NCBI GenBank assembly: GCA_041618195.1
Contig: JBFJNL010000001.1
Coordinates: 1 to 50,892, forward strand
Source of the DNA: Thermoplasmatota archaeon
GTDB lineage: Archaea > Thermoplasmatota > E2 > JACPAO01 > JAHFTW01
DNA length: 50,892 nt
Direction of reading: 5' to 3'
The translations under genes and the position numbers were made by a program. Each line of letters starts with the position of its first letter. The first letter of the stretch is position 1. Shown piece after piece: positions 24,375-33,461 of the stretch. Below the pieces are notes generated by a model. It was not told the origin of the DNA, did not search any database, and saw nothing but the letters and a program-made list of their open reading frames with translations.

Positions 24375-27008
24375 GTGACCCGCCTCGTCATCGTGGAATC
24401 GCCTGCCAAGGTCAAGAAAATCCAACAATTCTTGGGCGACGGCTACGAGGTGGACTCCTGCGTGGGCCACATCCGTGACCTGCCCAGCAACAAAGCCGAG
24501 ATCCCCGAGGCCATCAAAGGCAAGCCCTGGGCGGACTTCGGCATCGACATCGAGAACGGCTTCAAACCGTACTACGTGACGATCCGCGGCAAGGGCAAGG
24601 TCATCACCCAACTCAAGAAGAAGCTCAAGGACTGCGACTCCCTGTACCTGGCGACTGACGAGGACCGCGAAGGGGAGAGCATCTCGTGGCACTTGGTCGA
24701 GGCCCTGAACCCCAAGGTCCCGGTCAAGCGCATGGTGTTCAACGAGATCACCAAGAAGGCCGTCCTCGCCGCGGTGGAGAATCCTCGCGACATGGACCTG
24801 AACCTCGTGCAGGCCCAAGAGACGCGCCGTATCCTTGACAGGTTGTACGGCTACGCGCTCAGCCCGTTGCTATGGAAGAAGGTCGGCGGCAACCTCAGCG
24901 CAGGCCGCGTCCAATCCCCCGCGGTCCGACTCGTCGTCATGCGCGAACGCGAACGCATGGCCTTCACCGCCGCCAGCTACTGGGACCTGTTGGCCCGTCT
25001 TGACAATGGCGGCCACTTCGAAGCCCGCCTGCAAGCGGTCGCCGACAAGCGCGTCGCCAGTGGCAAGGACTTCGGCGACGACGGACAGCTCATCGCCGGC
25101 CGCGACGTCACCGTGCTAGACCAAGGCGACGCGGAAGCCCTGCGCGACCGGCTGCAACGCGCCACGTGGAACGTCAGCGACGTCGACCAGAGTGAGAAGC
25201 AATCCCGGCCCAAGCCCCCGTTCATCACCAGCACCATGCAGCAGGAGGCGAACAACCGCCTCAACATGAGTGCCAAGGACGCCATGCGCACCGCCCAGCG
25301 ATTGTACGAAGGTGGACTGATCACCTACATGCGTACGGATTCGGTCGCCCTCAGCCAAGAAGCGATCGAAGGTGCCCGCGTGGCCATCAAGGTCGAGTTC
25401 GGCGACGCATACGTCCCCAACGAGGCCCGCCACTACAAGGGCAAGAAGGACAGCAACGCGCAGGAGGCTCACGAGGCCATCCGGCCAGCGGGCAGCGAGT
25501 TCGTCCACCCCGACCGCAGCGGCCTCGCCGGCGCGGAGAAGCAACTCTACCGTCTCATCTGGCAACGCACCCTGGCGTGCCAGATGGAGAACGAACGCTA
25601 CACCCAGACCACGGTCACCATCCAAGCCGACGACGCGCGCTTCGGCGCCAGCGGCAAGGTCGTCGACTTCCCAGGCTGGCGCGCGGTCTACCCGAGCCGC
25701 GGCGACGACGGTGCAGAACTGCCCCCCATCGCCGCCGGCGACCAGCCCCGCTGCGTCGAGGTCGTCGCTGACGGCCACGAGACCAAGGCCCCGGCCCGCT
25801 TCACAGAAGCCAGCCTTGTCCAGGCCCTCGAAGCCGAAGCCATCGGCCGGCCGTCCACCTACGCCAGCATCCTAGACACGGTCCAGAACCGCGGCTACGT
25901 CGTCAAGAAAGGCAAGGCGCTCATCCCCAGCTTCACCGCATTCGCCGTGACGGGCTTGCTCGAGCAGCACTTCCCCGAACTGGTCGACCTGAAGTTCACC
26001 GCCAAGATGGAACAGGCCCTCGATGACATCGCAGCCGGCAGCGCCGACTGGGTGCCGTTCCTGTCCGAGTTCTTCCTTGGGCCAGACGGCCTCCGGGCGC
26101 ACATCGATCAACGCCTGGAGACCATCGACCCCGAGCAGGCCCGCGCCATCGACCTCGGTCCCACGTTCGCCGACGCCGACTTCACCGTACGCATCGGCCG
26201 CTTCGGCCCGTACGTCGAAGCCATGCGTGACGGCGAGAAGGTCAACGCAAGCCTGCCCGATGAGCTGACCCCCGACGAACTCACCGCCGAGCGCGTCGAA
26301 GAACTGCTGCTCGCTCGCCTCGAAGGCCCCAAGGCCATCGGCAAGTTCCCCGAGACCGGCGAACCCATCTACGTCCTTGATGGCCGCTTCGGTCCCTACT
26401 ACCAACTCGGCGACGTCGAGGAAGGCAGCAAGAAGAAGCCCAAGCGTGCCAGCCTGCCCAAGGGCAAGTCCACCGCCGACGCCAACCTGCTCGACGCCAT
26501 CTTCCTGCTGAGCCTGCCCCGCGAAGTCGGCAAGCATCCCGAAGGCGGCCTCGTGCTCGCCAACCTGGGACGCTTTGGGCCCTACATCGCCCACGACAAA
26601 GGCGATGGCAGCAAGCCGGAGTTCCGCAGCCTGAAGGACCCCGAACAGATGCAACACATCGGCATCGATGAGGCGCTGGAGATCCTGGCCAAACCCAAGG
26701 CCGGTCGCCGGGGGCCGGCTGTCATCAAGGAGATGGGCAACCATCCCGCCGACGGCAAGCCTATCCAACTCCTCGAAGGCCGCTACGGTCCCTACGTCAA
26801 GCACGAAGACACCAACGCCAGCCTCGCCAAAGGCGTCGACCCGGCCACCTTCACGCTCGAACAGGCCGTCGAACTCATCGCTGAAAAGATCGCCAAAGGC
26901 CCGGCGAAGAAGAAGCGCGCCCCGGCCAAGAAGACGGGTGGCAAAAAGGCCCCTGCAAAGAAGGCCGCCGCCAAGAAGGCGCCAGCCAAGAAGACCGCCA
27001 AGAAGTGA
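24375..27008 (+). CDS. topA: DNA topoisomerase I (type IA, bacterial TopA-like) with four GR(F/Y)GPY C-terminal repeats and a Lys/Ala-rich tail
   Basis: Toprim LVIVESPAKVKKI and DEDREGE are present, with the active-site region GLITYMRTDS. There are no Cys4 zinc fingers. GTG 24375 start. Confidence 0.95.
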   Translation: MTRLVIVESPAKVKKIQQFLGDGYEVDSCVGHIRDLPSNKAEIPEAIKGKPWADFGIDIENGFKPYYVTIRGKGKVITQLKKKLKDCDSLYLATDEDREGESISWHLVEALNPKVPVKRMVFNEITKKAVLAAVENPRDMDLNLVQAQETRRILDRLYGYALSPLLWKKVGGNLSAGRVQSPAVRLVVMRERERMAFTAASYWDLLARLDNGGHFEARLQAVADKRVASGKDFGDDGQLIAGRDVTVLDQGDAEALRDRLQRATWNVSDVDQSEKQSRPKPPFITSTMQQEANNRLNMSAKDAMRTAQRLYEGGLITYMRTDSVALSQEAIEGARVAIKVEFGDAYVPNEARHYKGKKDSNAQEAHEAIRPAGSEFVHPDRSGLAGAEKQLYRLIWQRTLACQMENERYTQTTVTIQADDARFGASGKVVDFPGWRAVYPSRGDDGAELPPIAAGDQPRCVEVVADGHETKAPARFTEASLVQALEAEAIGRPSTYASILDTVQNRGYVVKKGKALIPSFTAFAVTGLLEQHFPELVDLKFTAKMEQALDDIAAGSADWVPFLSEFFLGPDGLRAHIDQRLETIDPEQARAIDLGPTFADADFTVRIGRFGPYVEAMRDGEKVNASLPDELTPDELTAERVEELLLARLEGPKAIGKFPETGEPIYVLDGRFGPYYQLGDVEEGSKKKPKRASLPKGKSTADANLLDAIFLLSLPREVGKHPEGGLVLANLGRFGPYIAHDKGDGSKPEFRSLKDPEQMQHIGIDEALEILAKPKAGRRGPAVIKEMGNHPADGKPIQLLEGRYGPYVKHEDTNASLAKGVDPATFTLEQAVELIAEKIAKGPAKKKRAPAKKTGGKKAPAKKAAAKKAPAKKTAKK

Positions 27009-27064
27009 CCGGCTCGCACGGACCGACCAATCTGACTAAAGCCACGGGCCCTGTGTAGCGCCTT

Positions 27065-28129
27065 GTGGCCCTGTCGAAGCGCCGGTTGAGCCCTTGGTTC
27101 CTCTTCGGACTCCTGCTGGTGCTGGGGGCCGTCTCCCTGCGCATCGTCGGCGTCTTCCTTGACTACGTGCTCGTCGCGTTGTTCTTGGCGTACCTGACCT
27201 ATCCGGCGTTCCCATGGCTGCGCCAACGTCTACGCAACCGGCAATTGGCCGCGTTCGTGCTCTTGGTGCTGATCCTTGGCGCCGTGCTGGTGCCGCTTGG
27301 CTTCATCGTCGCAGAATTGGCCAAAGAACTACAGACCGTCAGCCAAGCGGTCAACCAGGGCGGCCTGGACAACGTCACGGCGGATCTGCGCGACGACGTC
27401 AGCCGGTTGTTCGGCCGCGAAGGCGCCGACCCGACCAACGACTTCGTCTTCGAGCGGCTCGAGGCCAACGTGGAAGGGCTGGTCAGCGCACTCGCCAGCA
27501 ACCTGTTCAGCGCCTTGGCGGAAGCGGCGATCGGGATCTTTATCCTAATCTACGTCATGTATTACGTCTACCTGGACGGGCCACGACTCGTCCTGTTCGT
27601 GCAAGAGATCCTGCCGATGCAGGAGGCTCACCGGGACCTGATGTTCCATGAGGTCGCTCTCGTCATCAAGGCGGTCATGTACGGCCAAGTGCTCACGGCC
27701 GCCATCCAGGCCCTCATCGGCGGCATCGGTTTCTGGATCTTTGGGGTCCCCAACGTCATTTTCTGGAGCGTCCTGATGTTCATCCTGGCCTTGCTGCCCA
27801 TCGTCGGCCCGCCGCTCGTGTGGGTGCCGGCCGTCCTGTTCTTGTGGGTCGTCCAAGGCGATATCTTCAACGCCATCGGGCTCGCCATCTACAGCGCCAT
27901 CCTCGTCAGCACCGTGGACAACATCATCCGCCCCAAACTCATCGGCTCCAAGGCCCACGTCCACCCCGTCGTGGTGCTGCTCGGTGTGCTGGGCGGCATC
28001 GCGGTGTTCGGGTTCAGTGGCCTGATCCTTGGCCCCCTGGTGCTGTCGATCTTTGTGACGGTGCTCAACGTGTACCGCAAGGAATTCGGCATGAAAGGCG
28101 ACGACGCGCCGACGACGTACCAGCTCTGA
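27065..28129 (+). CDS. AI-2E family transporter (PerM/UPF0118)
   Basis: Eight-TM pattern with the conserved C-terminal block LLPIVGPPLVWVPA...VDNIIRPKLIG...HPVVVLLGVLGG. GTG 27065 start. Confidence 0.85.
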   Translation: MALSKRRLSPWFLFGLLLVLGAVSLRIVGVFLDYVLVALFLAYLTYPAFPWLRQRLRNRQLAAFVLLVLILGAVLVPLGFIVAELAKELQTVSQAVNQGGLDNVTADLRDDVSRLFGREGADPTNDFVFERLEANVEGLVSALASNLFSALAEAAIGIFILIYVMYYVYLDGPRLVLFVQEILPMQEAHRDLMFHEVALVIKAVMYGQVLTAAIQALIGGIGFWIFGVPNVIFWSVLMFILALLPIVGPPLVWVPAVLFLWVVQGDIFNAIGLAIYSAILVSTVDNIIRPKLIGSKAHVHPVVVLLGVLGGIAVFGFSGLILGPLVLSIFVTVLNVYRKEFGMKGDDAPTTYQL

Positions 28130-28154
28130 GCTTCGCGGGCCGCCCGATGGTCGA

Positions 28155-28197
28155 GGTCAGCTTGTCCAGTGCGCTCGCAGGTCAAACGAGTTTGGCC
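28155..28197. repeat. Intergenic imperfect direct repeat, copy 1 (43 bp)
   Basis: GGTCAGCTTGTCCAGTGCGCTCGCAGGTCAAACGAGTTTGGCC matches copy 2 at 36 of 43 positions. The period is 84 bp. Confidence 0.6.
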
Positions 28198-28238
28198 GGC
28201 TCAGCGCTGCAAAACCTCGCTCGTCGCTGACGCTCCGC

Positions 28239-28281
28239 GGTCAGCTTGCCAAATGCGCTCGCAGGTCGAATGGGTCTGGCC
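28239..28281. repeat. Intergenic imperfect direct repeat, copy 2 (43 bp)
   Basis: GGTCAGCTTGCCAAATGCGCTCGCAGGTCGAATGGGTCTGGCC shares the 13-nt core GCGCTCGCAGGTC with copy 1. Confidence 0.6.
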
Positions 28282-28292
28282 TGTTCGGCGTT

Positions 28293-28313
28293 GGAGTGAC
28301 CGTCGGTCACTCC
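28293..28313. other. Perfect 9-bp stem / 3-nt loop hairpin between the repeats and the tRNA 3' end
   Basis: GGAGTGACC-GTC-GGTCACTCC. No flanking T-run, so a terminator role is unproven. Confidence 0.3.
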
Positions 28314-28332
28314 GTTGCCGCCTCTACTCTAA

Positions 28333-28403
28333 TGCAGGATACGGGATTTGAACCCGTGTTGACGGCTTGGAAGGCCGAAGTCATACCACTAGACCAATCC
28401 TGC
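28333..28403 (-). tRNA. tRNA-Gly (anticodon UCC), 71 nt, no encoded CCA
   Basis: Minus-strand sequence GCAGGATTGGTCTAGTGGTATGACTTCGGCCTTCCAAGCCGTCAACACGGGTTCAAATCCCGTATCCTGCA. The 7-bp acceptor stem, GGTTCAAATCC T-arm and anticodon loop CUUCCAA are all present. Confidence 0.85.
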
Positions 28404-28512
28404 GAGATGTGACCAGCGATAGCGAGAAGCAACTCGCAGGACGAGCATGCGCGTAAGCGCGTGCGAGTCCCTTTCCACCGGTGGTCAATCGTCGCCGACC
28501 CGACCCCGTTTC

Positions 28513-29559
28513 TTAACCCATGCCCTTCTCGTACGCCGCCACTTTGAACGCATGGCCCATGCCCGTCGGCAGCAGCATCTGGCGCAGGCGCAGGTACAGA
28601 CTGGTGCCTTCCTGGGTCGTGCGGTCGGCGGCGTTGATGGCCTCGAGCACGCCATGGCGCAACAGGAACGCCTCTTGCGTCTCGAAGAAGGATTCGGCCA
28701 GGCCGTTGGCGGCCGCCCATTGCCTGCATTGGGTGAAGTCGATGCTGGCCGTGATGTCCTTGTCACCCGCGTCTTCGAGGGGGCTGCCGCCGTCTTGGTG
28801 GGCGCGGAACGTCCGTAGCGTACCCCACACGGCGTCGCGACCCCACAGACGGTGGCCTTCATCGCCGTAGTCGACGACCAAGACCCGGCCGGCCGTGAGG
28901 CGGGTGCCGATGTCTTTGAACCAGGCCTTTGCCGCGGCGTTGGCGACCACACGGTGGCCCTCGGGGACCTCGACCGCTGGCGCCGCGTCGTTACCGGCCT
29001 TGGTCGGCATGCCGGTCATCAGTTCTCCGTCTGCGCCGACGATCATCTCGGCCCAGTGCCCCATGCGACGCTCAATGAGGTGCACTGGCAGCGCGTCCAG
29101 GAACTCGTGGGCGATGACCATGCCCATGAAGCGATCCGGTGCCGGCGTGGCCGCGTCGCCGTCCGCCTGGGCGGCCCGATGGTCGGGACTGATCTCTTCG
29201 TGGTGCCATGTCGGCGTCCAACCGTGGCTGGCGGCGAGGTATGCGCTGGCATCGCGGGCCAGGTCGCCGAGGCCGCCACCATACTCGAGGACCGTGAACT
29301 CCGCCGGCGAGCCCAGTGCGACGAACGTGGCATGGATCTCCTGAGCGACGCAGTGGGCGAAGAACGGGTGCAGCGTCGGGCTGGTCGCAAAGTCGGCATC
29401 ATCGCCGGCCCCCGTGCGCGGCGTGTCGCGGCGGCGGGTGTAATAGCCCTCGGCCTCGTCGTACAGGCAGCCCTCCATCCAATCATGGAACGAGATCGGT
29501 GCGCGCTGGAGGAGGCGTTCTTGCAGGGTCAACAGCCCATCGAGGCACGCTTTGGACAA
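28513..29559 (-). CDS. MidA / NDUFAF7-like SAM-dependent methyltransferase (DUF185)
   Basis: ISFHDWMEGCLYDEAEGYY...DFATSP.LHPFFA...VLEYGGGLGDLA is the typical MidA N-terminus plus SAM motif I. TTG 29559 start. Confidence 0.8.
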   Translation of the reverse strand: MSKACLDGLLTLQERLLQRAPISFHDWMEGCLYDEAEGYYTRRRDTPRTGAGDDADFATSPTLHPFFAHCVAQEIHATFVALGSPAEFTVLEYGGGLGDLARDASAYLAASHGWTPTWHHEEISPDHRAAQADGDAATPAPDRFMGMVIAHEFLDALPVHLIERRMGHWAEMIVGADGELMTGMPTKAGNDAAPAVEVPEGHRVVANAAAKAWFKDIGTRLTAGRVLVVDYGDEGHRLWGRDAVWGTLRTFRAHQDGGSPLEDAGDKDITASIDFTQCRQWAAANGLAESFFETQEAFLLRHGVLEAINAADRTTQEGTSLYLRLRQMLLPTGMGHAFKVAAYEKGMG

Positions 29560-29634
29560 GATGGCATCGAAGCCGCGCCATGGGAATACTCATAAGGGGG
29601 CCGGGATTGGGCCGTTTTGACCTGGGGTTTATAT

Positions 29635-30009
29635 ATGGTCTCCGTGGCGTTAGAATATCTTCCCCTGGCCATCCTTGGGGTGGTCGCTTTCCTATTGGTC
29701 TTCGTTACTCTCCTGGGTAACAAGTTCATGGGCCCAAAGCGTGCAAGCGTCACAAAACTGACGCCCTACGAGTGCGGCGAGAAACAATCTCCCGGCGCTC
29801 GCGGCCCTATCGATGTCCAGTATTACATGTACATCCTGACCTTCCTCATCTTCGATGTTGAAGTGATGTTCCTGATCCCGTTCGCGCTCCGCTTCAAGGA
29901 GCTCTCGGCCGGGCCGATCATCGCTGTCACCGTCTTCGTTGGGTTGATCCTGGTCGGCTACGCCTACGAGCTGCGTAAGAAGCTGCTCACCTGGAGGACC
30001 ATCGCTTGA
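29635..30009 (+). CDS. nuoA: NADH-quinone oxidoreductase-like complex subunit A
   Basis: LEYLPLAIL...LTPYECGE motif with 3 TM helices. ATG 29635 lies inside track ORF 29617..30009. Confidence 0.9.
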   Translation: MVSVALEYLPLAILGVVAFLLVFVTLLGNKFMGPKRASVTKLTPYECGEKQSPGARGPIDVQYYMYILTFLIFDVEVMFLIPFALRFKELSAGPIIAVTVFVGLILVGYAYELRKKLLTWRTIA

Positions 30010-30587
30010 GCGAAGAACCCGCGGCGCAACCCGCCGCCCCCGCAGACATCGAGGCTTACGATCCCGCCACGGACGCGCCTACGACCATGAAGATCCCCAT
30101 CGTCGTGGAAGAGCAGAAGGACGGCCTCGTGCTGACCGTGCTCTCCAAGGCCATCAACTGGGGCCGCAGCAACTCGCTCTGGCCTTTCGGTTTCGGACTC
30201 GCTTGCTGCGCCATCGAGATGATCTCGACCGTCGCCAGCCCCAACCATGACATGAGCCGCTTCGGCAGTGAAGTCATGCGCGCCAGTCCCCGCCAGTGCG
30301 ACTTGATGATCGTGCCCGGCACCGTCACGAAGAAGATGGCGCCCCGCATCAAGAACCTGTACGAGCAGATGGCCGAGCCCAAGTACGTCATCGCCATGGG
30401 TGCCTGCGCCATCAACGGCGGCCCGTACCAGGAATCCTACTACGTCGTCAAGGGCGTGGACAAGATCATCCCGGTCGACGTCTACGTGCCTGGCTGCCCG
30501 CCGCGCCCCGAGGCCCTCCTCGACGGCCTGCAGAAGCTGCAGCAGAAGATCCGCGACCAGAACCACACCCTGGAGCTTGGTTTCTGA
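30006..30587 (+). CDS. nuoB: Complex I subunit B (N2 Fe-S subunit)
   Basis: [26 protein letters not shown] and GCPPRPEA motifs. The TTG 30006 start overlaps the nuoA stop; an alternative start is ATG 30087. Confidence 0.9.
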   Translation: MSEEPAAQPAAPADIEAYDPATDAPTTMKIPIVVEEQKDGLVLTVLSKAINWGRSNSLWPFGFGLACCAIEMISTVASPNHDMSRFGSEVMRASPRQCDLMIVPGTVTKKMAPRIKNLYEQMAEPKYVIAMGACAINGGPYQESYYVVKGVDKIIPVDVYVPGCPPRPEALLDGLQKLQQKIRDQNHTLELGF

Positions 30588-31141
30588 TGGCTGAAGAAGT
30601 CACCATCCAACCCGCCGGCGACCACGCCAAACTCGCCGCCAAGCTCGGCGAAGGCGCCGTCGGCATCGGTGTCCTGGCAGACGGCCAGCAGATCACCGAC
30701 GTCGCGCCCGACGCCATCTTCCAGGCCGCCACCGTGGCCAAGAAGCTCGGCTACCCGCTGCTGTCCTGCCTGTCGGCCTACGACGGCAAGACCGAGCTCG
30801 GCGTGTTCTACAGCTTCATCAAGCTCGCCCAGACGCCGGCCGAGTTCGGCGAACTGTGCATGCGTGTCCGCCTGCCCCGCCCCGACGGCGCCGGCAAGGA
30901 ATGGATTCCCGAGGTCCAGAGCCTCTGCGACCTCATGCCTGCCGCCAACTGGCAAGAACGCGAGATGTACGACCTGTTCGGCATCCGCTTCGACGGCCAC
31001 CCGGACATGCGTCGCATCTTCCTGCCCGAAGACTGGATCGGCTTCCCGGGTCGCAAAGACTACTCCGAAGCCGAACAGTTCGTGGCGATGCGCGACGGTG
31101 AAGACATCACTCTCCAAACTCAGGAGGAAGGCTCATGGTAG
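30587..31141 (+). CDS. nuoC: Complex I subunit C (30 kDa)
   Basis: ANWQEREMYDLFGIRFDGHPDMRRIF motif. The ATG overlaps the nuoB stop (TGATG). Confidence 0.9.
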   Translation: MAEEVTIQPAGDHAKLAAKLGEGAVGIGVLADGQQITDVAPDAIFQAATVAKKLGYPLLSCLSAYDGKTELGVFYSFIKLAQTPAEFGELCMRVRLPRPDGAGKEWIPEVQSLCDLMPAANWQEREMYDLFGIRFDGHPDMRRIFLPEDWIGFPGRKDYSEAEQFVAMRDGEDITLQTQEEGSW

Positions 31142-32346
31142 ACCGCGCCGACATCCTTGCCAGCCTGCCGCCCGCTTACGACGGCAGCGCCTCGATCAGC
31201 CCGATCGCCGGCAGCAAGCACCTGATGAAGCTCAACATGGGCCCCCAGCACCCGTCCACCCACGGTGTGTTGCGCCTCAAGCTGACCCTCGATGGCGAGA
31301 TCGTCCACGACGTCGAACCCGTCATCGGCTACCTGCACCGCGGCTCAGAGAAGCTCGCGGAGAACATGAACTGGGTCAAGTTCATCCCCCTCACCGACCG
31401 CATGGACTACCTTGCGGCCATGCTCAACAACCACGGCTACGTCCTGGCTGTCGAGAAACTCCTCGGTGGCCCCGAAGAGCAGCTTGTCTCCGAGCGCGCC
31501 GAATACCTGCGTGTCTTCTCCAGTGAGATGAGCCGCCTGGCCAGCCACTTGTTGTGGATGGGGACGTTCATCATGGATCTGGGCGCCATCACGCCCATCT
31601 TCTACGCCCTGCGCGAGCGCGAGACCATCCTCAACTTCCTTGAGGAACTGTGCGGCGCCCGCCTGACCTTCAACTACATGCGATTTGGCGGCGTCAAATA
31701 CGACCTGCCCGAGGACCCCACATACCTGGACCGTGTCGAGGAGTTCATCTCCAGCATGCCAGCCCAGGTCATGGAGTACCAGCGCCTGCTGAAGAAGAAC
31801 GACATCCTGGTCGCCCGCCTGAACGGCACCGGCCCGCTGAGCCGCGAGGACGCCCTCGCTTACGGCGTCACCGGCCCCATGCTGCGCGCCACCGGCGTCG
31901 CGCACGACCTGCGCAAGGTCGCGCCGTACAGCGTCTACGACCGCCTCAACTTCGAGGTGCCCACCAACACCCAGAGCGACTGCTACGGTCGCCTGCAACT
32001 GCGGTGGCAAGAAATGATCCAGACGTGCCGCATCCTCGAGCAGGTCATCGACAAGCTGCGCGATGGCAACCTCGACGGTCTGCACATCAACCCCGCCTAC
32101 GCGGGCGGCAAGATGCTCCGCATCAAGGCCAAGGGCGAAGCCTACGCCCGCATCGAACACAGCAAGGGTGAGTACGGCGTCCACGTCATCGGCGACGGCA
32201 AACTCCAACCCAGCCGTGTCCACGTGCGCGCCCCGAGCTTCGCCAACCTGCAAGTCCTGCCGCTCATGGCGCGCGGACAGAAGATCGCGGACCTCGTCGC
32301 CACGTTGGGGTCCATTGACATCGTCCTAGGGGACGTGGACCGTTAG
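31135..32346 (+). CDS. nuoD: Complex I subunit D (49 kDa)
   Basis: MGPQHPSTHGVLRL, GYLHRGSEK and C-terminal IVLGDVDR. AGGAGG Shine-Dalgarno motif upstream. Confidence 0.95.
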   Translation: MVDRADILASLPPAYDGSASISPIAGSKHLMKLNMGPQHPSTHGVLRLKLTLDGEIVHDVEPVIGYLHRGSEKLAENMNWVKFIPLTDRMDYLAAMLNNHGYVLAVEKLLGGPEEQLVSERAEYLRVFSSEMSRLASHLLWMGTFIMDLGAITPIFYALRERETILNFLEELCGARLTFNYMRFGGVKYDLPEDPTYLDRVEEFISSMPAQVMEYQRLLKKNDILVARLNGTGPLSREDALAYGVTGPMLRATGVAHDLRKVAPYSVYDRLNFEVPTNTQSDCYGRLQLRWQEMIQTCRILEQVIDKLRDGNLDGLHINPAYAGGKMLRIKAKGEAYARIEHSKGEYGVHVIGDGKLQPSRVHVRAPSFANLQVLPLMARGQKIADLVATLGSIDIVLGDVDR

Positions 32347-32358
32347 GGAGGCCTGACT

Positions 32359-33399
32359 ATGGGAGCACTCATCGACCTCATCGACAGCACGATTCCGGGA
32401 ACGCCGCACTGGCTCGACCTGACCATCGCTTCCATCATCGGCAGCGTCCTGGTCTTCACGGTCGTCCTGGCCACTGGTGGCATCTTCACGTTCACGTTCC
32501 GCCGCATCTTCGCCCGCATGGGCACCCGCCGTGGACCGAACCGTGTCGGCCCCAGCGGCATCTTCCAGTTCTTGGCAGACGGTATCAAACTGATCTCCAA
32601 GGAAGACATCCGTCCCGCCAAAGTGGACAAGATCGCGTGGGGGGCGGCCGTCTACGTCGCCGTCATCTTCACCGTCATCGCCTGGAGCCCCATGCCTTGG
32701 GGCAAGGGCTTGTTCTTCACGAACATCAGCACCGGCATCCTGTTCATCCTCGCCGCCAGCGCCATCGCGCCCCTGGCTGAGATGATGGCCGGCTGGGGCA
32801 GCAACAACAAGTACAGCCTGTACGGCGGCATCCGCGCCGCTGCCATGGACGTCTCGTACGAGATCCCCATGCTGTTCGCCATCGGTAGCATCATCCTGAT
32901 GACCGGCACGCTCAGCACGCAGGGCATCGTCGAAGCCCAGCACGCTGTCTGGTTCATCGTGCCGCAGATCGTCGGCTTCGTGATCTTCTTCATCACTGCA
33001 TTGGCGAAGGCCGGTCTGGCACCCACTGACCTGGCCGAATCCGAATCGGAACTCGTCGCCGGCTTCACCACCGAATACTCCGGCATGCGTTTCGGCATGT
33101 TCTTCGTGGTGCTGTTCAGCAACGTGTTCTTCATCAGCGCACTCATGACGATGCTCTACCTCGGTGGATGGCAAGCGCCCTTCATCGACTACATCCCGGC
33201 CCTCGCCGTGATCCCGGGCGTTTTCTGGTTCGCCGCCAAGTCCCTTCTTCTTAGCTTCGTGGTCTTCTGGGTGTGGACCTCGATCCCTCGTGTGCGTGTC
33301 GACACTTACCTCGGCGCGGCCTGGAAAGTCATGCTTCCCGTGTCCCTTTTGAATTTCGTCGGAACTGCGATCGCTGTCAAGATGGGGGTCCTCGGATGA
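32359..33399 (+). CDS. nuoH: Complex I subunit H
   Basis: [19 protein letters not shown] and [18 protein letters not shown] motifs. GGGAGG Shine-Dalgarno motif upstream. Confidence 0.95.
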   Translation: MGALIDLIDSTIPGTPHWLDLTIASIIGSVLVFTVVLATGGIFTFTFRRIFARMGTRRGPNRVGPSGIFQFLADGIKLISKEDIRPAKVDKIAWGAAVYVAVIFTVIAWSPMPWGKGLFFTNISTGILFILAASAIAPLAEMMAGWGSNNKYSLYGGIRAAAMDVSYEIPMLFAIGSIILMTGTLSTQGIVEAQHAVWFIVPQIVGFVIFFITALAKAGLAPTDLAESESELVAGFTTEYSGMRFGMFFVVLFSNVFFISALMTMLYLGGWQAPFIDYIPALAVIPGVFWFAAKSLLLSFVVFWVWTSIPRVRVDTYLGAAWKVMLPVSLLNFVGTAIAVKMGVLG

Positions 33400-33461
33400 T
33401 TCTCAGCGAAGCGCTCGGAGCCGTCTCCAGCATGAAACCCGTCAAGGAGATCGTCCAATGA
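33396..33461 (+). other. 21-codon bridging mini-ORF between nuoH and nuoI (ATGA overlap at both ends)
   Basis: It encodes [21 protein letters not shown]. Its ATG 33396 overlaps the nuoH TGA (33397..33399). Its TGA (33459..33461) overlaps the nuoI ATG (33458). Confidence 0.25.

Noticed and set aside
26893-27005. Repetitive AAGAAG/GCC-rich DNA that resembles a tandem repeat.
   Set aside because: It is in frame with topA and encodes the Lys/Ala-rich basic tail. This is coding low complexity, not a CRISPR or satellite repeat.
28130-28512. tRNA gene with nearby direct repeats suggested an integrated element (att sites).
   Set aside because: The repeats do not match the tRNA sequence. No integrase, recombinase or compositionally odd genes flank the tRNA. 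The flanking genes are an AI-2E transporter and the MidA-like gene.
29627-29634. TTTATATA immediately abutting the nuoA ATG looked like the nuo promoter.
   Set aside because: A TATA box needs about 25 nt to the TSS, which would remove the conserved LEYLP N-terminus and TM1 of NuoA. It might serve the divergent MidA-like gene with a 5' UTR of about 45 nt, but I cannot support either assignment.
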